Below are positions 57,246-64,000 of a DNA stretch of 64,000 bases, piece by piece. Position 1 is the stretch's first letter, and every line of letters starts with the position of its first letter. Source of the DNA: an uncultured Methanosarcinales archaeon (lineage in GTDB: Archaea; Nanobdellota; Nanobdellia; Woesearchaeales; GW2011-AR9). The position numbers were made by a program, and so were the translations under genes. The stretch covers positions 454 to 64,453 of the forward strand of contig CAYFOH010000001.1 in the NCBI GenBank assembly GCA_964344755.1, in the 5' to 3' direction. The notes under the pieces are model-generated. The model was given only the letters and a program-made list of their open reading frames with translations, did no database searches and had not been told where the DNA came from.

Positions 57246-58448
57246 GTGGTTGGTCAGGAAACAAACATGCTCTTTACAAACAAATATTTCCCTAAAAATA
57301 CTAGCCAGGTTTTTGGACAGCAGAAAGCGGTAGATGAATTAAAAGATTTTGTAGCCAACTACAAAGATAAAAAACAAAAAATAGCTTTAGTTTATGGTCC
57401 TATTGGTGTGGGAAAAACCAGTTCTGTTTATGCTTTAGCTAACGAACTGAATTATGAAGTATTAGAAATAAATTCTTCTCAGCTGAGGAAAGCAGACAAT
57501 ATTAAAAGTTTTTTAGATTCTGCTCTTAACCAAAGATCTTTATTTTTTAAGCCAAAAATTGTTTTGATAGATGAGATAGATAATGTTTCAGGGGTTAAGG
57601 ACAGAGGCTGTGTGCCGGCTTTGATTAAAGCTATAACTAACTCTTCCTTTCCAGTGTTAGCTACGGCTAATGATCCTTTTGATCAGAAGTTAAAACCATT
57701 AAGAAAAATTTCGCAAATGATTGAATTTCATAATTTACAGTATAGAACAATCTCACATGCCTTACAATGGGTCTGTCAACAAGAAGGAATTAATTTTGAA
57801 GAAAAGGCAATTAATTCTTTAGCAAGACAGGTGGGGGGGGATATGAGGGGTGCTTTAATAGATTTACAAATATCTTCAGTTAAAGGAGATTTTGTTTTTT
57901 CAGACGTCCAAGAGTTAAGTGACAGAAAAAGAACCCAGACAATAATTAATGCTTTAAGAATAATTTTTAAATCTTCATCGGCAGAAAACGCTTTAGGGGC
58001 TTTGAATGATGTTGATGTAGATATTGACCAAGTCTTTTTATGGCTTGACTACAATTTACCAAAAGAATATTCTGGGAGAGATTTGATTAGAGCTTATGAA
58101 TCTGTAGCAAGGGCGGACATTTTTAGGGGAAGGATCACAAAGAGACAACACTGGCGCTATCTAGTTTACGTTTATAATTTGTTAACTGCTGGTGTTTCTG
58201 TAGCCAAAGATACTAGATATCCAGAGTTTGTTCAATACAAACAGACATCTAGGTTGCTAAGAATTTGGCAAAGTAAAATGAAGATGGCTAAGAAAAAAGA
58301 GATTGCTGCTAAATTGGCAAAGAGAACTCATGTTTCCTTAAAGGTGGCGATGCAACAAGTACCTTATTTGCAGAGAATAGTTAATGATGAGATGGCGAAA
58401 GAGTTAGATTTGAGTGATGATGAAGTAAGTTGGTTGCAGAAGTATTAA
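57246..58448 (+). CDS. rfcL: Replication factor C large subunit (AAA+ clamp loader)
   Basis: FTNKYFPKNTSQVFGQQKAVDELKDF...ALVYGPIGVGKTSSVYALANELNYEVLEINSS matches the RFC-large N-terminal pattern; Walker B LIDEID. Confidence 0.65.
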   Translation: MVGQETNMLFTNKYFPKNTSQVFGQQKAVDELKDFVANYKDKKQKIALVYGPIGVGKTSSVYALANELNYEVLEINSSQLRKADNIKSFLDSALNQRSLFFKPKIVLIDEIDNVSGVKDRGCVPALIKAITNSSFPVLATANDPFDQKLKPLRKISQMIEFHNLQYRTISHALQWVCQQEGINFEEKAINSLARQVGGDMRGALIDLQISSVKGDFVFSDVQELSDRKRTQTIINALRIIFKSSSAENALGALNDVDVDIDQVFLWLDYNLPKEYSGRDLIRAYESVARADIFRGRITKRQHWRYLVYVYNLLTAGVSVAKDTRYPEFVQYKQTSRLLRIWQSKMKMAKKKEIAAKLAKRTHVSLKVAMQQVPYLQRIVNDEMAKELDLSDDEVSWLQKY

Positions 58449-58450
58449 TT

Positions 58451-58840
58451 TTAATTTAGATCATCTAATAAATTAGGTTTAGGGGCTGATAGTCTTTCTT
58501 CTAAACCAGATTCTTGGGCGGCCAAATAAATACCTACCTTAGTACAATAAGCCGATCGTTGATAAACATCTTCTGTGTCAAAAGGTAGGTCTTTATGTTT
58601 AGAAAATTTTTCCTTGGCACGTAGGTATTGGTTGAAAGTATGTTTTCCAACTAAGGATCCTGCCAAAAGAAGAGAACTCCCTACTGCCAATACTAGTTGT
58701 GGAAAGAACATGATTGTTTCATTTAAATTAAAAATTTCTTCTACTCCTTCTAAAGTTACTGCACAAGCTAAGTAAGAAGCTCCAGATTTGGTATAATAAT
58801 TAGCATAAGCACACTTAAGATAATCTTTTAAGTTTGACAT
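58451..58840 (-). CDS. Hypothetical protein with central TM (129 aa)
   Basis: ORF track. Confidence 0.3.
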   Translation of the reverse strand: MSNLKDYLKCAYANYYTKSGASYLACAVTLEGVEEIFNLNETIMFFPQLVLAVGSSLLLAGSLVGKHTFNQYLRAKEKFSKHKDLPFDTEDVYQRSAYCTKVGIYLAAQESGLEERLSAPKPNLLDDLN

Positions 58841-58894
58841 TTTTTTTAGAAGTCAGATCTACTTTTAAAAAACTATCTAAAGATTAAGGTACAT

Positions 58895-58928
58895 ATTTAG
58901 TTGGCCCTTCTTGGCCATCTAACTAAAT
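58895..58928. promoter_or_regulatory. 34-nt near-perfect inverted repeat (ATTTAGTTGG...CTAACTAAAT, with internal TTGGCC direct repeat) in the divergent promoter region between a hypothetical gene and glyS
   Basis: Seen in sequence; 10-bp arms with one G-T wobble pair. Confidence 0.35.
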
Positions 58929-58977
58929 ACGTAAAGATTAGGATAAATTTAATAAACTCCTTGCTTCTAGAGGGATT

Positions 58978-60465
58978 ATGACAATTACAATTGAAGAAAT
59001 GGCCACTTTTTGTAAGAAGAAAGGGTTTGTTTTTCAGAATTCTGAAATTTATGGGGGTTTGGCAGGTTTTTTTGACTATGGCCCTTTAGGGGTTGAACTA
59101 AAAAATAATATCAAACAAAGTTGGTGGCGTACTTTTGTCCAACAGATGGATAATATTGTAGGAATAGACGGGGCAATAGTTTCATCTTCTAAAGTCTGGC
59201 AGGCTTCTGGTCATGTGGATTCATTTGCTGATATTATGGTTGAATGTAAGAAATGTCATTCTAGGCTTAGGGCTGACCATTTAATTGAAGAACAGCACAA
59301 AATCAATGCGGAAGGAAAAGCTCTTACTGAGTTCAAACAAATTATTGATGAGAAAGGGTTAAAATGTTCAAACTGTCCTGGAAAAGAATTTTTTGATCCT
59401 TCTAATTTTAATTTAATGTTTGATGTTTCTATTGGAGCGAAAGATGGAGAAACTGCCTATTTGAGAGGAGAAACAGCACAAATAATATTTACCAATTTTA
59501 AAAATGTTTTAGACACATCAAGAATTAAATTACCTTTTGGAATTGCTCAGATTGGAAAAGCTTTCAGAAACGAAATTAGCCCGCGTGAATTTTTGTTTAG
59601 GGTGAGAGAATTTGAACAATTAGAGATGGAATTTTTTGTGCACCCAGATAAAGTAAATGATTGCCCTCAGATTAAACATTTTCTTAATTTAAAGTTGCAA
59701 GTTATGTCAGTTAAAGATAGATCTGCTAAAGAAATAACAGTAAAGGAATTGTTAAAATTAAAAATTAATGAGTGGCAAGCTTATTGGTTAGTTGCTCAGT
59801 TTTTGTGGCTAACTGAAGGTTTGGGGATTAATCCTAAAAATTTAAGAGTTAGGGAACACCATAAGGACGAACTGGCTCATTATGCTAAGGCTTGTTTTGA
59901 CTTGGAATATAGTTTTCCCATGGGTTGGAAAGAAATCTATGGCAATGCTGATAGAGGTCAGTACGATCTTACTCAACATCAAAAACATTCTAAAAAGAAA
60001 TTGGAGTACTTTGATGAGGAAACCAAACAAAAAATTATACCTTGGGTGGCTTCAGAACCTTCTCAGGGTTTAGGAAGAGCTTTTTTGGCAGTTATGTTTG
60101 ATGCCTATGAGTTTGATAAGAAAAGAGGAAATGTGGTCTTGAGGTTGGCTCCTCATATTACTCCACATTTGTGTGCTGTTTTTCCTTTAGTAAAGAATAA
60201 AGAAGAATTGGTAAGCAAAGCCAAAGAGGTTCACGAGATGTTGGGTGGGTGCCATCCAACAATTTATGACGAATCTGGCAGTGTGGGTAGAAGATATGCT
60301 AGAGCTGACGAAATAGGTGTACCTTTATGTATTACGGTTGATTTTGAAAGTTTGGAAGATAACTGCGTAACTATTAGGGATAGGGATAGTACTAAACAAA
60401 AAAGAGTTTCTATTGATGAATTGCATCATGCTGTACACAAGTATTTAGCTGAAGGAAAGTTGTAA
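58978..60465 (+). CDS. glyS: Glycyl-tRNA synthetase (archaeal/eukaryal alpha2 type)
   Basis: FCKKKGFVFQNSEIYGGLAGFFDYGPLG N-terminus; class II motifs; anticodon-binding C-terminus. Confidence 0.85.
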   Translation: MTITIEEMATFCKKKGFVFQNSEIYGGLAGFFDYGPLGVELKNNIKQSWWRTFVQQMDNIVGIDGAIVSSSKVWQASGHVDSFADIMVECKKCHSRLRADHLIEEQHKINAEGKALTEFKQIIDEKGLKCSNCPGKEFFDPSNFNLMFDVSIGAKDGETAYLRGETAQIIFTNFKNVLDTSRIKLPFGIAQIGKAFRNEISPREFLFRVREFEQLEMEFFVHPDKVNDCPQIKHFLNLKLQVMSVKDRSAKEITVKELLKLKINEWQAYWLVAQFLWLTEGLGINPKNLRVREHHKDELAHYAKACFDLEYSFPMGWKEIYGNADRGQYDLTQHQKHSKKKLEYFDEETKQKIIPWVASEPSQGLGRAFLAVMFDAYEFDKKRGNVVLRLAPHITPHLCAVFPLVKNKEELVSKAKEVHEMLGGCHPTIYDESGSVGRRYARADEIGVPLCITVDFESLEDNCVTIRDRDSTKQKRVSIDELHHAVHKYLAEGKL

Positions 60466-60472
60466 TAAAAAC

Positions 60473-60754
60473 TTATTTAGAATAAATGTTGTCGTGGTGA
60501 TCATAATCTTCAAAGATTATAGTTTTAGTTTTTTCATCCACAGAAAAAACCAAAACAAAACTTTTATCAATGTGTACACGTTTTAAATGTTGAAGGGGTT
60601 TTCTTAAGTTTTTATAATGGTTTGGATTAAGAATAACTTCATTGATTTTTTTCCCAATAATTAGAACTTGTTTTGGATTTTTCTTACTAATTTTTTGCAA
60701 AATTTTTTCTAAACTCTTTCTGAATACATACTCATACATTCTATTTAAGACCAA
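60473..60754 (-). CDS. relE: RelE/ParE-family toxin
   Basis: 93 aa; RelE-like C-terminus ...TIIFEDYDHHDNIY; 14-nt overlap with the upstream small ORF. Confidence 0.55.
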   Translation of the reverse strand: MVLNRMYEYVFRKSLEKILQKISKKNPKQVLIIGKKINEVILNPNHYKNLRKPLQHLKRVHIDKSFVLVFSVDEKTKTIIFEDYDHHDNIYSK

Positions 60755-60974
60755 AATGTTTGTTAAAATTCTTAATCTTTACAGTTGCTTCTCTTTGCCT
60801 ACCTTTCATTTTTTGAATAAATTCAGGTCTTAATTGTGGTTCAAGGATATCTTCGCCATAATCTAAAATCACTTTTTCAATAGCGTGAGATTTGTCTTTG
60901 AGTGCATATTTGGCTTTAACAATATTTAATATTTGATTTGCTTCGGGAGAGATTTGAATCATTGCTTGTACCAT
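60741..60974 (-). CDS. relB: Cognate antitoxin (RelB/DUF-type) for the RelE-like toxin
   Basis: 77 aa; position and overlap typical of antitoxin-first TA operons. Confidence 0.45.
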   Translation of the reverse strand: MVQAMIQISPEANQILNIVKAKYALKDKSHAIEKVILDYGEDILEPQLRPEFIQKMKGRQREATVKIKNFNKHFGLK

Positions 60975-61023
60975 ATATGCATCAAATATACGTGAAGTAT
61001 ATAAATCTGTTGGTTGTTTAATT

Positions 61024-61323
61024 TTACCAGTATCTTTCTATTCTTAGGCTTTGATTTGAAGTTGTTTCATAATTTGGTTCAACGTCACTTTTTCCCATTC
61101 TCCACAGGGTACGAATTAGCCATCTTGAGCTTCTAACTAAATCGTTTAGATCATGTTCTGCTGAAGTTAATCCCAACGCGTTGCTAAGTTTGTTGGGGTC
61201 TGGATCCTCTAAAACGATTAAATCTTTTAGTGTGTTAGGATCGATTAAGTCTAAATTTATTTTTCCCTCGTAACCAAGGGTGTCTTTAAGGTGCATTTGA
61301 TATCTTCTTTCTAATGTATTCAT
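61024..61323 (-). CDS. Hypothetical protein (99 aa)
   Basis: ORF track. Confidence 0.3.
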   Translation of the reverse strand: MNTLERRYQMHLKDTLGYEGKINLDLIDPNTLKDLIVLEDPDPNKLSNALGLTSAEHDLNDLVRSSRWLIRTLWRMGKSDVEPNYETTSNQSLRIERYW

Positions 61324-61535
61324 TTTTAAGCCTCCGTTTAAGTTGTTTTTACAGAAGCCAATTTTTCTTTTCCGAAGGCGTTTTGGTTTTCAACCCAAAC
61401 CTAAAATGGAAAGTTATGTTGGCAAGATTTAGTTGCCAAAAAAGAATTTAAAACTAGTAAAAAACTGAAATTGATTTTTACTTGTCATGATTTAAGAAGA
61501 TTAAAAGGATTATTTAAATATTTTCCCTAACACTT

Positions 61536-62849
61536 TTAGAAAGGACTCTTTTTACCGGTGTATTTGGAAACACCTGGGCCAATGTATTCAACATCTTCAA
61601 TTTTAGGAGATAGTGAAGTTATTATTTTTTTAGGGGTATCAATGATTGGAGTGGGGCTTGGTCTCTTTAATACTTCAACTAATTCTTCATTAACTCTGTC
61701 TTTTTTTGTTTCCACAATTTCCGTGTCAATAGTTGGTGGAGGTAGAGCTGGTGCTTGATATGTTGTTGGGAGATTTCTGTTCTTTAGTAGTTTTGTGTAG
61801 AAGGGTTCAAAAACTAATGAAAGAGAAGAACCTAAAATAAAATTGGAAATGAGGTAATGTTCTCTTACAATAGGAATAGCTGATCCCAATAAAAAAACTC
61901 CAAAACAACCTAATATTGCGCTTGTGAGAGCAGTTAAACCAAAGGCTTTAAGTCCGGTATAAACTGTATTTGGTCTTTGAGAAACCGTTGTTGGGAGGGT
62001 AGAAACTACTGATCTATTTCTTCCACTAGGATCTTGATCCAATTTAATTTCTAGGCTGTCCAAGAAACGATCGCTATATCTCCCTCTTAAACCAACAACA
62101 TCTTCTAAAGGATCAGCATAATTTATGTCAGATTCTCTGGCCTTGCCTCTTGCTAGATCTAAAGAAACCAAACCTACAGCATATAAGTCGGTAGCTTCAC
62201 TTATTTTTCCTCCACTTAATTGTTCAGGGGCCATATAAGCCAAAGTTCCTTTCCCTAAACTAGCTGTTCTGGTTTTATTTTCAAGAAACTTAGAAGTTCC
62301 AAAGTCTAATAATTTAATTTGTCCGTCTTCAGTGATTTTAATATTGGAAGGTTTAACGTCTCTGTGAACGATTCCTTTTTCATGCGCTGCTCCTAGGGCT
62401 TCAAGCAATTGTTTTTCAATTATAACTATCTCTTCTTCCGAAAAACGACCTTTTTTTCCTAACCTTTGGTCTAAGGTTTCTCCAGGAACGTACTCCATTA
62501 GAAGTTGTAATTCAACTCTGTTGTAAAGTGGATTGTCATCTTCAGTTAGTTCATAAACTTTGGGAATGTGTGGATTATCAATCTTTTGTAAGGCTTGAAA
62601 TTCGTCTTTTAGCTTCGAAAGGATGGGATCAGCTTCTTCCCAATTGCTAACATTTGGGAAAGGTAGAATTTTAGCAGCGTATTGATCTCCCGTATTTTTT
62701 TCTTTTACTAGATATACTTCACCTTGGGCTCCGCCGCCAAGACATTCTAACAAATCAAATCTGTCATAAAAAGATGTCATAAAAAAAGAAAAAAGTAATT
62801 TTTTTAAAAAGGTTTTGTGTTTTTTGTACGTATTTAGGTAGATGGCCAA
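61536..62849 (-). CDS. Hanks-type Ser/Thr protein kinase with a TM segment after the kinase domain and a Pro-rich C-terminal tail
   Basis: Gly-rich loop LGGGAQGEVY, AAKIL lysine, HRDVKPSNI catalytic loop, DFGTSK, APE. TM GLTALTSAILGCFGVFLLGSAIPIV. Confidence 0.75.
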   Translation of the reverse strand: MAIYLNTYKKHKTFLKKLLFSFFMTSFYDRFDLLECLGGGAQGEVYLVKEKNTGDQYAAKILPFPNVSNWEEADPILSKLKDEFQALQKIDNPHIPKVYELTEDDNPLYNRVELQLLMEYVPGETLDQRLGKKGRFSEEEIVIIEKQLLEALGAAHEKGIVHRDVKPSNIKITEDGQIKLLDFGTSKFLENKTRTASLGKGTLAYMAPEQLSGGKISEATDLYAVGLVSLDLARGKARESDINYADPLEDVVGLRGRYSDRFLDSLEIKLDQDPSGRNRSVVSTLPTTVSQRPNTVYTGLKAFGLTALTSAILGCFGVFLLGSAIPIVREHYLISNFILGSSLSLVFEPFYTKLLKNRNLPTTYQAPALPPPTIDTEIVETKKDRVNEELVEVLKRPSPTPIIDTPKKIITSLSPKIEDVEYIGPGVSKYTGKKSPF

Positions 62850-62961
62850 AAAGTTAATTAGACGTCTTCTTTTGCTTGCACAAATTTGATCGCCAGTTTC
62901 ATGTTATAATTAGCAGAGACTGAGCTAATTAACGGCCAACTAGATATGTATTGTTATTTTT

Positions 62962-63975
62962 TTAATAATGTAGTAGAACTTCTACATGATGACCAAAGAT
63001 GTTCTTAAGATCTTCAAAGATTGGTTCCTTAATGAAAACTTTCTTAGGGAACTTAATCTTAGCCAAGTGTTTTTCGAACTCTTCTAAATTACTTAGTTCT
63101 AAAGGACCTAAACTGCCGTCAGGATTGATTTTAGCTTTCTCAATTTTTTGATCTTTAGCGTCTATGTCGTGGATTACAAAGGCGTGATCTTCTAATAGGA
63201 CAACTTCTCCGTACTTTTCGCCATGTTTAACTCTTATCCTTGTTTTCTCAAGTTCTCTGCCACGTTTTCTTTGTAAGTGTTCAATTAAGAATCTAATCAC
63301 GCCAGTGCTACCTTTACGTGCTTTTTCGATATCTGTTTTGTTAAGAGTGTTAGCGTCATGTTTTTGTTTAGCTTCAACAATCTCGTTTAGATCTCTTAAG
63401 TAACGTGCAGGAACTTTACCGGTTGAGATTAATTCGTCTTCAAATAATTTGATAACTTCCTTGTCTTCAGCTTTTTCAATACCTTCGGACTTTAGAACGT
63501 CTCTGATTATCGTAATAACTTCATCGTAAAGATAGAGGATACTTTTAGTGTTATGTTTTTCCTCAATTGATTTAAAGAGTTCTTTAATTCTTTCTAAGTA
63601 TGATTCAGCATTTTTGACGTAGGTGTCAAGTTCTGCTCCACTTAAATCTTTTTTAGTGCCGTGTTCGATGTCTTTTCTTAACTTAACTGTGTCTTTTAAA
63701 ATTTTAACATATTTGGCTTCCAAAAGTTTTTCTTTTTTAACGAAAATGTCTTCCATAACCTCGGGAGTTTCCCTTGGAGTTGGTGGTGGAACCCCGTAAA
63801 GCATAATAGCAGCCTGGCTGGGTGTAAGGATAGCGTAGTAAGTGTCTTCCATGCCCATTTCCTTAAGCTTCTTTTTAACGCGTTTCAAGCTTTGGTCACC
63901 AGAACTCATGAACAAGTCGATGGCTTCTCTGCTTGGTTTAATTCTGCCCATTCTTAACAGCTGTTTCCAAGGCAT
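62962..63975 (-). CDS. Hypothetical charged/coiled-coil protein (337 aa)
   Basis: ORF track; start ATG at 63975. Confidence 0.35.
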   Translation of the reverse strand: MPWKQLLRMGRIKPSREAIDLFMSSGDQSLKRVKKKLKEMGMEDTYYAILTPSQAAIMLYGVPPPTPRETPEVMEDIFVKKEKLLEAKYVKILKDTVKLRKDIEHGTKKDLSGAELDTYVKNAESYLERIKELFKSIEEKHNTKSILYLYDEVITIIRDVLKSEGIEKAEDKEVIKLFEDELISTGKVPARYLRDLNEIVEAKQKHDANTLNKTDIEKARKGSTGVIRFLIEHLQRKRGRELEKTRIRVKHGEKYGEVVLLEDHAFVIHDIDAKDQKIEKAKINPDGSLGPLELSNLEEFEKHLAKIKFPKKVFIKEPIFEDLKNIFGHHVEVLLHY

Positions 63976-64000
63976 GAAAATCCCTCGGTCGTAGAATGGT

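Noticed and set aside
1-64000. CRISPR arrays, IS elements, integrases
   Set aside because: No regularly spaced direct repeats and no transposase or integrase-like ORF were found. The only tandem repeats are the coding repeats at 31.5-31.7 kb and the short GETxSGAAP duplication at about 17.9 kb.

Overview
This 64 kb window reads as a low-GC (about 33%) archaeal chromosome segment, most plausibly from a small-genome DPANN-type lineage. It is densely packed with short genes on both strands. Archaeal/eukaryal-type core genes are spread throughout: Cbf5, ribosomal proteins L31e/L39e/S19e/L35Ae/S2, PAN, CysRS/ValRS/GlyRS, the RFC large subunit and IMPDH. Accessory content sits between them. There are three type II toxin-antitoxin pairs (hicAB, vapBC, relBE). 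A HerA/FtsK-like ATPase with no NurA/Mre11/Rad50 neighbours runs into an A22 presenilin-like intramembrane protease and a DapB-like oxidoreductase. A cell-surface locus runs from 9.7 to 18.8 kb: a pilin-like mini-ORF, two very acidic secreted proteins and a 1489-aa beta-helix glycoprotein. Other accessory genes include an AMP/thymidine phosphorylase, a cysteine-rich vWA lipoprotein, and a Lys/Ala-rich tandem-repeat histone-H1-like protein. A secreted transglutaminase-like protein is followed by an M23 (LytM-type) metallopeptidase. A bacterial-looking glycogen/oxidative pentose-phosphate cluster contains GH15, GlgA, GH57, Glk, Tal, a SIS isomerase, Zwf and Gnd. There is also a Hanks-type Ser/Thr kinase with a TM segment. 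A roughly 430-nt stretch at the window start recurs at about 32.2 kb with about 80% nucleotide identity, marking two paralogs of an unknown protein family. I found no tRNA/rRNA genes and no CRISPR array. All calls rest on motif recognition in the supplied translations; none were checked against databases.
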